Positions 19,464 through 29,420 of a DNA stretch of 64,000 bases are shown here, one piece after another; positions within the stretch are counted from its first letter, which is position 1, and every line of letters starts with the position of its first letter. Below the pieces are notes generated by a model. It was not told where the DNA came from, searched no databases, and was given only the letters and a program-made list of their open reading frames with translations. Source of the stretch: Candidatus Bathyarchaeota archaeon (lineage in GTDB: Archaea; Thermoproteota; Bathyarchaeia; 40CM-2-53-6; DTDX01); NCBI GenBank assembly GCA_018396815.1, contig JAGTQY010000003.1, positions 69,481 through 133,480 on the forward strand, written 5' to 3'. Made by a program: the position numbers and the translations under genes.

Positions 19464-19769
19464 CTAATAAGGGTTTAAAGTAAAAAGCAGAATCCAAGTT
19501 AAAGCCCAAACAAAAATATATGTGCCTAACCCCAAAATTACTCTTTTATATTTACCTTTAAGGTCTTCATCGCTAAAACGGAAAATTCCTTTAACTATAC
19601 CATAAGAAACCGCATAAATTACCGCCATTAAAATTAATCCAATAGAACCCTTAATTTGAAGAAGATAACATAAAACTCCAGCAAATATTGCTAAACCAAA
19701 TCTAAACCAATATACAATAGTAGTTGGTTTAAAATGTTTAATTTTAACAAGCTCTTTTTCACTTTTCAA
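19464..19769 (-). CDS. EMC6-like three-TM membrane protein
   Basis: YWFR..LAIFAG, G...., and GLGTYIFVW..TWILLFTL pattern parallels EMC6/Rab5ip (YCR..., GLFTYVLFWTFLY); comparison from memory. Confidence 0.65.
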   Translation of the reverse strand: MKSEKELVKIKHFKPTTIVYWFRFGLAIFAGVLCYLLQIKGSIGLILMAVIYAVSYGIVKGIFRFSDEDLKGKYKRVILGLGTYIFVWALTWILLFTLNPY

Positions 19770-19861
19770 TTTTTAACTCCTCTTTTTACTTTTAAATTTT
19801 AATCTTTTAAATTTTAATTTTAAAGATTAAAGCTTTATGGTTACAGCTTGGGGAAACAAAT

Positions 19862-21838
19862 TTGTTTATAGCGGAAAAAAAGAAAACTATGACAAGCTAC
19901 GATATTTCAGTAATAGTTAAAGAGTTAAAAGAGAAAATTGTAAATAAAAAAATAGATAACATTTATCAATTAAACGAGAAAACTTTTCTATTTAAATTAA
20001 AACCTAATCAAGCTAACTTACTTATTGAAGTTGAACGAAGAATTCATCTTACAAATTTTGAGTTTAACATACCAAAAGAACCTGCTGTTTTTTGTAAAAA
20101 TTTAAGAAACCATATTAGAGGGGGTATTATTAAAGATATAACACAACATGAATTTGAAAGAATTGTAATTTTAAGGTTAAATATTAAAAATGAAAGAAAA
20201 GCTTTAATTGTGGAGCTTTTTAAAAGAGGAAACTTAATTTTATTAAATGAGGAAAACAACAAAATTATTTTAGCTCTTTATTATGCTAAAATGAAGGATA
20301 GAACTATTAGCCCTGGAAGCGAATTTAAATTTCCCCCTTCCACTGGAGTTTCTCCATTAAACCTAAATTTAAACATGCTAAAAGCTTTTGAAAATGAGTT
20401 TTTGAAAGATGCTTTATTAAAAATTTTAGCTATTGGAAAATTATATGTAAAAGAAATTCTAACTAGAGTTGAATTAAATGAAAACATTAAGGTAAACGAA
20501 GTTTCAAATGAAGAATTAGAAAAAGTAATTTATGAAGCGAAAAATTTAGATTCTAAAATTGAACCTTGCATTATAAAAAACAGTAATGGCAATTATATTG
20601 ATGTTACGCCTTTCCCATTAAAAATTTATATGGATTTTGAAAAAGAATTTAAAAAAAGCTTTAATGAAGCTGCAGATGAGTATTTTTCTAAGTTAATTAT
20701 TGAGGAAATAGAGTTTAAACAAAAATTTGAATTTGAAAAAAAGCTTCAAACACTTAAAAGTTTACTTGCAAAGCATGAGAAAAGAGTTAATAAATTAAAT
20801 GAAGAATTAAAAAAAGCTAAAGAAAAAGCTGAAATAATATATTTATGTGCAAATGAATTAAAACAAATTAAAGAGTTAATTCTAAAAGAAAGAAATTTAA
20901 AAAGTGCTGACGAGCTTTTAAATTTTATAAAAAATAGTTTTCCATTAACCAAAAATTACATTGAGAAATTAGATCTAAAAAATTTATTCGCAACCTTAAA
21001 GGTTAATCAAGAATTTTTCTCTATAGATTTAAAAATTAACCCTTTTAATGAAGCTTCAAAATACTTTAAAAAAGTTAAGGAATATGAAGAAAAACTAAAA
21101 CAAGTTAAAAGTTTAATTGAGAAGACAAAGCTTGAAATAAACTCTATAAGTGAAAATTTACCGTCTTTAATAAAACCTGTGGAATTAAAAAAGAAGAAAG
21201 AGAAAAAATGGTTTGAAAAATTTAGATGGTTTAAATCTTCAGAAAACTTTTTAGTTTTAATCGGCAAGGACACAAGCACAAATGAGCTTTTAATTAAACG
21301 TTACACAAATATTGATGATTTAATTCTTCATCCAGATCTTCATGGAGCTCCTTTTGCTGTTATAAAATGCGAAGGAAAAATTCCTAGTGAAACTACGATT
21401 AAAGAAGCTGCAATAGCCGCCGCTTCGTATAGTAAAGCTTGGAGTTTAGGTTTAGGTGCAATTGATGTATACTGGGTGAAGCCGGAACAAATAAGTAAAA
21501 AACCTCCTTCAGGTCAATATGTTAAGAAAGGTATGTTTATGATTTATGGCCCTAGAAACTATATTAGAGGAGTTGAGCTTAAACTTTCTATAGGAGTTGT
21601 TAAAGAGGAGGGTGAAGAATTAAAAGTTATTTCAGGACCTACATCTGCAATCAAAAAAATCGCTATAACATTTGTTGAAATAGCTCCAGGCGAATTTAAA
21701 TCTAAGGATTTAGCAAAGTTGATTCTTCAAAAACTTTATGAAAAAGCTCAAGGAGAAATTAAAGAAAAAATTAAATTATTAAATTTAGTTGAAATTCAAA
21801 ATTTAATACCTGCAGGTAAAGGAAGAATTATAAGCTAA
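19862..21838 (+). CDS. rqcH: Ribosome rescue factor RqcH/Rqc2 (NFACT family)
   Basis: MTSYDI N-terminus, FERIV, ELF.RGN, coiled coil, WFEKFRWF and GKDTSTNE NFACT-R motifs. Confidence 0.9.
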   Translation: MFIAEKKKTMTSYDISVIVKELKEKIVNKKIDNIYQLNEKTFLFKLKPNQANLLIEVERRIHLTNFEFNIPKEPAVFCKNLRNHIRGGIIKDITQHEFERIVILRLNIKNERKALIVELFKRGNLILLNEENNKIILALYYAKMKDRTISPGSEFKFPPSTGVSPLNLNLNMLKAFENEFLKDALLKILAIGKLYVKEILTRVELNENIKVNEVSNEELEKVIYEAKNLDSKIEPCIIKNSNGNYIDVTPFPLKIYMDFEKEFKKSFNEAADEYFSKLIIEEIEFKQKFEFEKKLQTLKSLLAKHEKRVNKLNEELKKAKEKAEIIYLCANELKQIKELILKERNLKSADELLNFIKNSFPLTKNYIEKLDLKNLFATLKVNQEFFSIDLKINPFNEASKYFKKVKEYEEKLKQVKSLIEKTKLEINSISENLPSLIKPVELKKKKEKKWFEKFRWFKSSENFLVLIGKDTSTNELLIKRYTNIDDLILHPDLHGAPFAVIKCEGKIPSETTIKEAAIAAASYSKAWSLGLGAIDVYWVKPEQISKKPPSGQYVKKGMFMIYGPRNYIRGVELKLSIGVVKEEGEELKVISGPTSAIKKIAITFVEIAPGEFKSKDLAKLILQKLYEKAQGEIKEKIKLLNLVEIQNLIPAGKGRIIS

Positions 21839-21873
21839 AAACAAAAACCTATAAAAGAAAGGGAAAAATTAAA

Positions 21874-22431
21874 ATGAGTGAAAAAAAGATTGAAGTGAAA
21901 GTTAAAGATGTTATGTCAACTCCTGTAGTTACTGTAAATATGAATACCTCTATGGATGAAGTAGCCTCTTTAATGATTAAAGAAAATGTTGGAAGCGTTA
22001 TTGTTGTTGATGAATTGGGGAATCCAATAGGAATAATAACTGAAAGTGATTTAGTTAAAAAAGTTGTTGCAAAAAATGTTTTTCCAAAACAGGTTAAAGC
22101 TTTAGAAGTAATGAGTAAACCTTTATTCACTGTGAGTAAAGAAGAGGAGTTAACTGAAGTTGCTAAAAAAATGAGTAGATTAAATGTAAAACGTTTTCCA
22201 GTTATGTTTGAAGGGAAACTTGTTGGAATAATTTCAAGCAAAGACATTCTTGAAATAACTCCGCATCTTATAGATGTGATTATGGAAAAAAGCGAATTCT
22301 TTCCTGTTAAAACTGAAAAACCTCTAATTGGAAATTGTGAATTATGCGGTAACTGGTGTGAAAACTTAAAGTTTCATGAAGGAAAGTTTTTATGTGAAGA
22401 TTGCTTAATTGATTTAACTAAGCAGGATTAA
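21874..22431 (+). CDS. CBS-pair protein with C-terminal zinc ribbon
   Basis: Two CBS repeats; CELCG...LCEDC. Confidence 0.85.
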   Translation: MSEKKIEVKVKDVMSTPVVTVNMNTSMDEVASLMIKENVGSVIVVDELGNPIGIITESDLVKKVVAKNVFPKQVKALEVMSKPLFTVSKEEELTEVAKKMSRLNVKRFPVMFEGKLVGIISSKDILEITPHLIDVIMEKSEFFPVKTEKPLIGNCELCGNWCENLKFHEGKFLCEDCLIDLTKQD

Positions 22432-22433
22432 AA

Positions 22434-23777
22434 TTGGTTGAAACCATAAATATTTTAAATACTAAAATTTTATTGAAGGAAGGTTTTTTTGAAGGGGGTA
22501 TTCACATAAGTTTTGGTAAAATAAAAAAAATTGGGCGAGAAACTAATTTACCTAAGGCTGAAAAAAACATTAATGCAAAAGGTTTAATCGCTTTACCAGG
22601 GCTTATAGATTCTCATGTGCACTTAAGAGATTTAAATTTATCTTATAAAGAAGATTTTTATACAGGTACATGTGCTGCAGCTGCAGGAGGATTCACAACA
22701 GTTCTAGATATGCCTAATACATCTCCCCCAACAGATTCTATTGAAAGATTAAAGGAAAAGATTGAACTAGCAAAAAACAAAATAATTGTAAATGTTGGTT
22801 TTCATGTTTTACCACCTAAAAACCCTAAAGAAATAAATGAGATAGTAAAATTAGGTGCTACATCTTTTAAATTTTACTTTAACCTTTTAAAAGATGAGGA
22901 TTTAAGAAGTAACATATTAAAAGAGACGTTAAATAAATGTAGTGTTTTAAATATTCCTTTAACTATTCATGGAGAAAATGGAGAAAAAATAAGTAGATTA
23001 AAAAGTTTTCTTTTAAAGAAAGGAAAGAAAGATTTGCAGAGCTTTCTTAAAGCTCACTCTAAAGATGTAGAATTTTCTGGAGTAAAAAAAGCTTTAAATT
23101 TAGTTAAGAAAAGATTTAAAAACGATAAAGTTTATTTTTGTCATGTTTCAACATTAAAAAGCCTTAATGAAATAAAAAGAAACGGTTTTTTAGCTGAAGT
23201 TTCACCCCACCATCTTTTCTTAACTAAAGAAAAACTTTTAAAGTTAAAAGGTGTTGCTTTAACTTTACCTCCTTTAAGAAGCAAATTTGAAACTGAAGCT
23301 CTATGGAAAAAAACTGTTAAAGGTTTTATTGATGTAATAGCTAGTGATCATGCTCCGCATACACTTGAAGAAAAAATTAAAGAAAATTATTGGGAGGTTT
23401 CCCCAGGTATTCCAGGTTTAGAAACAACTTTGCCTCTTCTTTTAACTAAAGTTAATCAAGGGGAAATCTCTCTTCAAAAACTCGTAAAACTTTTAGCTTA
23501 TAATCCAGCAAAAATATTTAATTTAAGGTTTAAAGGCGAATTAAGAGAAGGTTTCGACGCTGATATAACATTAGTAAATTTAAAAAAACGTTTTAAAATT
23601 AAAAGTGAAAAATTTTTTTCTAAAGCTAAATATTCTCCTTTTAATGGTTTTAAATGCGTTGGTAAACCTGCTAAAACAATTGTCTTTGGGAAATTAGTTA
23701 TGGATAATGGAGAAATAGTAGCTGAAAAAGGAAATGGCTTTATAATTAGGAGAGAGTTAAATGAAGTTTCTAGTTGA
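22434..23777 (+). CDS. pyrC: Dihydroorotase (amidohydrolase family)
   Basis: PGLIDSHVHLRD, DMPNT, PPLR and ASDHAPH motifs. Confidence 0.85.
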   Translation: MVETINILNTKILLKEGFFEGGIHISFGKIKKIGRETNLPKAEKNINAKGLIALPGLIDSHVHLRDLNLSYKEDFYTGTCAAAAGGFTTVLDMPNTSPPTDSIERLKEKIELAKNKIIVNVGFHVLPPKNPKEINEIVKLGATSFKFYFNLLKDEDLRSNILKETLNKCSVLNIPLTIHGENGEKISRLKSFLLKKGKKDLQSFLKAHSKDVEFSGVKKALNLVKKRFKNDKVYFCHVSTLKSLNEIKRNGFLAEVSPHHLFLTKEKLLKLKGVALTLPPLRSKFETEALWKKTVKGFIDVIASDHAPHTLEEKIKENYWEVSPGIPGLETTLPLLLTKVNQGEISLQKLVKLLAYNPAKIFNLRFKGELREGFDADITLVNLKKRFKIKSEKFFSKAKYSPFNGFKCVGKPAKTIVFGKLVMDNGEIVAEKGNGFIIRRELNEVSS

Positions 23778-24279
23778 TGGTATGCTTGGTAAACTTGCTA
23801 AATGGTTAAGGTTAATGGGCTACGACGCTAAATACTCTATTTTTCCAGATAGAACTTTAATAATTGAAGCTTCTAAAGAAAACCGTATATTGTTAACTTC
23901 AGATATTGCTTTATATAGAGAAGCAGTAGCACGAGGTGTTGAAGCTTACCTTGTTAAAGGGAAAAATGAAATTGAAAGAATTGCTGAGCTTGCTAAAAAA
24001 TTTAATTTAAAAATAGAGGCTAATGTTGAATCTTCAAGATGTCCTTTATGCGGTTCACTACTAAAGAAAGTTGAAAAAACACTTGTTAAAGGGAAAGTTC
24101 CAGATCAAACTTTTAATTTTTACAGTAATTTTTGGGTTTGTATAAATGAAAACTGTAAAAAAATTTACTGGCAGGGAAGTCACTGGAAAAAAATAAACGA
24201 GGTTTTACTTCAAGCTAAAAAATTAATCGTAAACGCTAAAAAGGTGAATAAACAAGTTATTAATAATAATGGGAGTTGA
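23761..24279 (+). CDS. Mut7-C RNase (PIN-like) domain protein
   Basis: FLVDGMLGKLAKWLRLMGYD, RCPLCG and C..C.KIYWQGSHW motifs. Confidence 0.9.
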   Translation: MKFLVDGMLGKLAKWLRLMGYDAKYSIFPDRTLIIEASKENRILLTSDIALYREAVARGVEAYLVKGKNEIERIAELAKKFNLKIEANVESSRCPLCGSLLKKVEKTLVKGKVPDQTFNFYSNFWVCINENCKKIYWQGSHWKKINEVLLQAKKLIVNAKKVNKQVINNNGS

Positions 24280-24905
24280 ACTTTATGCTTGATTTTTCTT
24301 TAGAGGAAGGTGAATTTCTCGTTAAAGTTGCACGAGAAGCTATTAAAACTTGGCTTAAATATAAAAGAAAAATTTCTTTTATGAAAGATGCTCCTGAAAA
24401 AACAAAACAAAAGTATGGAGTATTCGTTACATTAACAAACGCTTATACGCATGAGCTTAGAGGATGTATAGGATACCCTCTTCCAATTAAACCTTTAGTT
24501 GAAGCAACAATTGAATCAGCTATTGAAGCTGCTACTGGAGATCCAAGATTTAAACCTGTAACTTTAGATGAGTTAGAATCAAGCATAGCGGTTGAAGTTA
24601 GCATTTTAACTCCTCCAGAAATTATTGAAGTTGAAAAACCAATTGACTACCCTAAAAAAATAGTTATTGGAGAGGATGGATTAATTGTTGAAAAGGGCTT
24701 TTTTAAAGGTTTACTTCTTCCTCAAGTAGCTGTAGAATGGAATATGGATGCTGAAGAATTTTTAAGCAATTGTTGCTTGAAAGCTGGGTTACCGCCAGAT
24801 GCATGGTTAAGCAAAGACATTAAAATAAGCAAGTTTCAAGCTGTTATTTTTACTGAAGAAACTCCAAATGGTAAAATTATTAAGAAAACTTTAAAAGATT
24901 CATAA
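24276..24905 (+). CDS. AMMECR1 domain protein
   Basis: GVFVTL, LRGCIG, DPRF, EVSILT and GLLLPQVA motifs. Confidence 0.92.
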   Translation: MNFMLDFSLEEGEFLVKVAREAIKTWLKYKRKISFMKDAPEKTKQKYGVFVTLTNAYTHELRGCIGYPLPIKPLVEATIESAIEAATGDPRFKPVTLDELESSIAVEVSILTPPEIIEVEKPIDYPKKIVIGEDGLIVEKGFFKGLLLPQVAVEWNMDAEEFLSNCCLKAGLPPDAWLSKDIKISKFQAVIFTEETPNGKIIKKTLKDS

Positions 24906-25457
24906 GCCTCTATAGATTCTTTCATACATTCTTCTTAAAGTCCATCGAATAGCATTCGTTAATTCTGTCAATCTTTTTTCATCACCAAAATTTTTTATTA
25001 AAATTCGTTTAACAAAACCATCTTTATCCTCTATATTATAGGAAAACGCTTCATTCTCATTTAGTTCTCCAGATTTAACAGCATCCTCATCCTTCTTACT
25101 CATTGGTTCAAGAACTTTAGCTATTAAAAAAGCTTTTAATGGAGGGGAATTCACATCAAACTTTATGTATGGATCTAAATTTAATGTTAAGTTTTTATTT
25201 TCAACTACTAAATCTCCTAGATGCACTCCATCTACAGTTTTTATTGGAGTAATTTTTTGAGGAGTAACTTGAGAAGGTTGTTGTGTTTCTTCAACTTTAG
25301 TTACTTCAATTTTTTTAAAGCTTTTTTCGGTTAAATAATCGTCAACTACTTCTACAAGCATTTTTAAATTTGAAACTTCCTCATTTAATTCACTAATTTT
25401 CTTTTCTAGAAAAGATTTTAATTTAGCTAACTTTTTTACTGCATCTTGTTCCTCCAT
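24900..25457 (-). CDS. Hypothetical protein with N-terminal coiled coil
   Basis: Long ORF with host-like codon use; start moved to ATG 25457. Confidence 0.65.
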   Translation of the reverse strand: MEEQDAVKKLAKLKSFLEKKISELNEEVSNLKMLVEVVDDYLTEKSFKKIEVTKVEETQQPSQVTPQKITPIKTVDGVHLGDLVVENKNLTLNLDPYIKFDVNSPPLKAFLIAKVLEPMSKKDEDAVKSGELNENEAFSYNIEDKDGFVKRILIKNFGDEKRLTELTNAIRWTLRRMYERIYRGL

Positions 25458-25651
25458 TTTTTCACACAGCTTAACTAAACTCAAACTTCTTATAATTAAT
25501 AAGTTTATACGCATTAGAAATATTTTTATTTTTATATTTAATGTTTAATGAATGTATGTTTAAACGTAATTAAAAGTGTGAATCCTAACTAAATAAATTT
25601 AAGATTGGTTATGTGAAAATTCTTTAGGGTTTTACTGAGGGGAAATCAAAA

Positions 25652-26962
25652 ATGCTTAATGAGGAGTTTATAGATTCATCGAAGATTTTTAAAGGAGATT
25701 TTACTGGAAAAAAAGTTCAGATTAGAGGGTGGCTTCATAATAAACGATCAAGTGGAGGTATTCAATTTCTTTTAGTTAGGGATGGAGGCGGTTTAATTCA
25801 ATGTACTTTAAGAAAAGATGCTGTAAATGATGAAGTTTTTAAAAAAATAGAAAAACTTCCTATAGAGTCCACTATTATTATAGATGGTGTTGTTAAAGCT
25901 GATTCGAGAGCTCCAAGAGGATTTGAAATAGTTGTGGAAAATATTAAGGTTTTTCATGAAGCTGAAGAAAACTATCCTATAGCTAAAAAATATCATGGAC
26001 CAGAATTTCTTCTTGATAATCGCCATTTATGGATTAGAAGCGAAAAAATGCAGGCAATCCTTAAGGTTAGAGATTCCTTTTTAAATGCTGCTATTGATTG
26101 GTTTAGAAATAATGGTTATACAAGTGCTCATATGCCAATATTAATTACTGCAGCTTGTGAAGGTGGAGCAACACTTTTTGAAGTTAAGTATTTTGATCAA
26201 AAAGCTTATTTAACTCAAAGTTGGCAGCTCTATGCTGAAGCTGCTATAGCTAGCTTAGGCAAAATTTACACTATAGCCCCATCTTTTAGAGCTGAAAAAT
26301 CTAGAACAAGAAGGCATTTAACTGAGTATTGGCATTTAGAAGTTGAGTTACCATGGTGTGATTTAAATAAATTAATGAGTATTCAAGAAGAGTTGCTTAG
26401 TTTCATTTGTGAAAAAGTAGCTAAAGAAAGAAGTTATGAATTGAAGCTTTTAGGTAGAGATCCTAAAGATTTAATGCATGTTAAACCGCCATTTCCTAAA
26501 ATCACTTATGATGAAGCTGTAGAAATGCTTAAGAAGGAGGGATTAGATTTTAAATGGGGAGACGATTTTGGATATGAACAGGAAAGTAGATTAACTTCTA
26601 AATTTAATATGCCCTTCTTTATAACTTATTTCCCAAAAACTGCTAAAGCTTTTTACCATAAATTAAACCCTGAAAGACCTGAAGTAACTCTATCAGTTGA
26701 TTTGCTCGCTCCTGAAGGTTACGGTGAAATTACTGGTGGAGGAGTAAGAATAGAAGATTATAATGAGCTTCTTGAAAGAATAAAGGAAAATGGATTGGAT
26801 CCTAAAGATTATCAATGGTATCTTGATTTAAGAAAGTACGGTTCAGTGCCGCATGCTGGTTTTGGAATGGGTGTTGAAAGAGTTATAGCATGGATATGTA
26901 AGTTAAACCATATAAGAGATGCTATTGCTTTTCCAAGATTAATAAATAGAGTTTATCCTTAA
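25652..26962 (+). CDS. asnS: Asparagine--tRNA ligase
   Basis: OB fold, EGGATLF, YLTQS.QLY, FRAEKSRTRRHLTE and GSVPHAGFG motifs. Confidence 0.92.
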   Translation: MLNEEFIDSSKIFKGDFTGKKVQIRGWLHNKRSSGGIQFLLVRDGGGLIQCTLRKDAVNDEVFKKIEKLPIESTIIIDGVVKADSRAPRGFEIVVENIKVFHEAEENYPIAKKYHGPEFLLDNRHLWIRSEKMQAILKVRDSFLNAAIDWFRNNGYTSAHMPILITAACEGGATLFEVKYFDQKAYLTQSWQLYAEAAIASLGKIYTIAPSFRAEKSRTRRHLTEYWHLEVELPWCDLNKLMSIQEELLSFICEKVAKERSYELKLLGRDPKDLMHVKPPFPKITYDEAVEMLKKEGLDFKWGDDFGYEQESRLTSKFNMPFFITYFPKTAKAFYHKLNPERPEVTLSVDLLAPEGYGEITGGGVRIEDYNELLERIKENGLDPKDYQWYLDLRKYGSVPHAGFGMGVERVIAWICKLNHIRDAIAFPRLINRVYP

Positions 26963-26982
26963 TAATAGAATATTACTAAAAT

Positions 26983-28401
26983 TTAATCTTCATATAATTT
27001 AAATTCTTCATGAAGTGCATTAACTGCTTTAGGTCCATCCTCCTCTTTTACAACAAAAGATATGTTAAGTTCTGAAGAACCTTGAGCTATCATCCTAACA
27101 TTTATTCCTTTATCAGCTACTGCTTTAAAAACTCTGGCTGCTACGCCTGGAGTACCTTTCATTCCTGCCCCAATAACAGCTACTATACAAACATCAGCTT
27201 CTGATGAAACTTCCTTAACAGTTTCTCCTCCAAGCAAGTTTAACTCAAGTAAATTAACAGCTTTACTTAAGCTTTCTCTTGGAACAGCAAAAGAAATATT
27301 AACTTCAGATGAACCTTGAGAAATCATAAGTATATTTATTCCATTATCTCCTAGAATTTTAAACACCTGAGCTGCTACACCTGGGGTTCCGACCATTTCA
27401 CTTCCAGAAACATTTATTAAACCAACTTCCTTAATGAAAGAAATAGCCTTAACAACTTCTTTAGGCTTAATTTTTTGTTCTTTAATTATTAATGTACCTG
27501 GATCATTTAAGTTAAAAGCATTTCTTATTCTAACTGGAATTTCAGCTTCAATTACTGGTTTTAAAGCTCTAGGATGAATTATTTTAGCGCCAAAATATGC
27601 TACTTCGCTTGCTTCAGCATAAGATATCACCCTTATAGTTCTTGCTTTAGGTTCAATTTTTGGATCAGCTGTCATTAACCCATCTACTTCTTTCCAAAGC
27701 AAAACTTCATCAGCTTTTAAAGCTGCACCTATTATAGTTGCTGTATAATCTGATCCCCCTCTACCAAGTGTTGTTACAACTCCATCTGGAGTGCAACCAT
27801 TAAATCCAGTCACTATTGGAACAATATTTTCATTAAGTAAACGTGTTAAATTATAATTTAATTTTTGAGCGCTTAGATTAAATAGCGGTTTAGCTTTTCC
27901 AAATTCATCATTTGTTATAAGTCCTGCTTCACCTCCAGTAATCCACTTAGCTTTTAATCCCTCCTCTTTAGCTGCTGCGCATAAGATAGCGCAAGAAAAT
28001 TTTTCTCCAAAAGATAAAATAAAATCTTTAGAGCGAGGCGTTAACTCTTTTAATCTAGCGACACTAAATAAAGTTTCTTTTAACTCTTCAATTAATTTCT
28101 TTAATTCTAAAGTTAAATCTTTTAAAATCTCTCTATTTTTAATAGTTTTTTCAGCTAAACTAAAATGTATATTCTCCATTTCGCTTATAATTTTTTTTAA
28201 GTTTTCCCAATTTGAAAGAGAAGCTTCTTTAGAGGCTTTAATTAATTCATCAGTCACTTTTGAAACAGCTGAACCTACTACAATAATTTTAATCCCCTTA
28301 TTTAAATAATCTTTAATTATTTCAATAATTCTTTTTATTTTTTCAGGTTTAGAAACTAATGCTCCACCAAACTTCATTACAATTAACATATAATTTTTCA
28401 C
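26983..28401 (-). CDS. lysC: Aspartate kinase
   Basis: MKFGG, TLGRGGSDY, TADP motifs and two ACT domains. Confidence 0.95.
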   Translation of the reverse strand: MKNYMLIVMKFGGALVSKPEKIKRIIEIIKDYLNKGIKIIVVGSAVSKVTDELIKASKEASLSNWENLKKIISEMENIHFSLAEKTIKNREILKDLTLELKKLIEELKETLFSVARLKELTPRSKDFILSFGEKFSCAILCAAAKEEGLKAKWITGGEAGLITNDEFGKAKPLFNLSAQKLNYNLTRLLNENIVPIVTGFNGCTPDGVVTTLGRGGSDYTATIIGAALKADEVLLWKEVDGLMTADPKIEPKARTIRVISYAEASEVAYFGAKIIHPRALKPVIEAEIPVRIRNAFNLNDPGTLIIKEQKIKPKEVVKAISFIKEVGLINVSGSEMVGTPGVAAQVFKILGDNGINILMISQGSSEVNISFAVPRESLSKAVNLLELNLLGGETVKEVSSEADVCIVAVIGAGMKGTPGVAARVFKAVADKGINVRMIAQGSSELNISFVVKEEDGPKAVNALHEEFKLYED

Positions 28402-29420
28402 ACTCCTGTCTTTAATAAATTTAATTTAATATCTATTAAATCTCTAATTATTGCGCTTGCTGTTTCTTTGCCGCCTGCACCTTTCCCAACTATAGTTATT
28501 TCTCCTGAATCTTCAACATTAAATGTTACAGCATTTAGGGTTCCGCTTACGCATAATGGATTTAAACTTGAAATCTCCATTGGTTTAACAAACGCTTCAT
28601 CGTTTACTTCCCCAATTAATTTAATTACGTTTCCCCTTTTTTTAGCTTCGCTTACATCTTTTAAAGTTACATTTTTTATTCCTTCTATTTTAACATCTTT
28701 AATTGAAATTCTTTTATTCATAATCCAATTTGCTATTATAACAAGTTTACAGGCAGTATCTATCCCTTCAATATCGTAAGATGGGTCTGCTTCAGCATAA
28801 CCAAGTTTTTGAGCTTCTTTTAAAGCCTCTTCTAATGAAACTCCCTCTTCATACATTTTCGTAAGAATATAATTTGTTGTTCCATTTAATATTCCTTTAA
28901 CTAAAAGAATTTTTTCACCAATTAAACATTTTTTAGCTAAATCAAGTACTGGTGTTCCACCACCTACCGCTCCACTAAACCTTAAAAATACTTTATTGTA
29001 ACTTGCTAGGTCCATTAAAGCTGGTAAAGCTAAGGCTAACGGTCCTTTATTAGCTGTTACAACATGCATTCCTTTTTTAAGTGCAGCTTCTATATGGGAT
29101 AACCCAGGTTGTCCATCTTTAATGTTTGTTGGAGTTAACTCAATCATTACATCGCTTTCCATTTCATTAATCACTTCGATAGCTTTCACATTTTTAACTC
29201 CATACTTTTCATCTGAAGCAACAGTTCCTCCATTTATATCAGCTTTAAAAGCTAAAGTTAAATCTAGTCCTTCAGGATTTATTAATGCGCCTCCTCGATC
29301 AACTATAGCAATAACTTCTGGTCTAAACCCATAATTTTTAATTAATTCTTCTTTCTTTCTCATTAAAGTTTCTGTAAGCGCTTTTCCTACAGTTCCAAAT
29401 CCTATAATAATAATTTTCAT
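28398..29420 (-). CDS. hom: Homoserine dehydrogenase
   Basis: GFGTVG, VVTANKGP, GILNGTTNY, GYAEADP and GAGGKETA motifs. Confidence 0.95.
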   Translation of the reverse strand: MKIIIIGFGTVGKALTETLMRKKEELIKNYGFRPEVIAIVDRGGALINPEGLDLTLAFKADINGGTVASDEKYGVKNVKAIEVINEMESDVMIELTPTNIKDGQPGLSHIEAALKKGMHVVTANKGPLALALPALMDLASYNKVFLRFSGAVGGGTPVLDLAKKCLIGEKILLVKGILNGTTNYILTKMYEEGVSLEEALKEAQKLGYAEADPSYDIEGIDTACKLVIIANWIMNKRISIKDVKIEGIKNVTLKDVSEAKKRGNVIKLIGEVNDEAFVKPMEISSLNPLCVSGTLNAVTFNVEDSGEITIVGKGAGGKETASAIIRDLIDIKLNLLKTGV

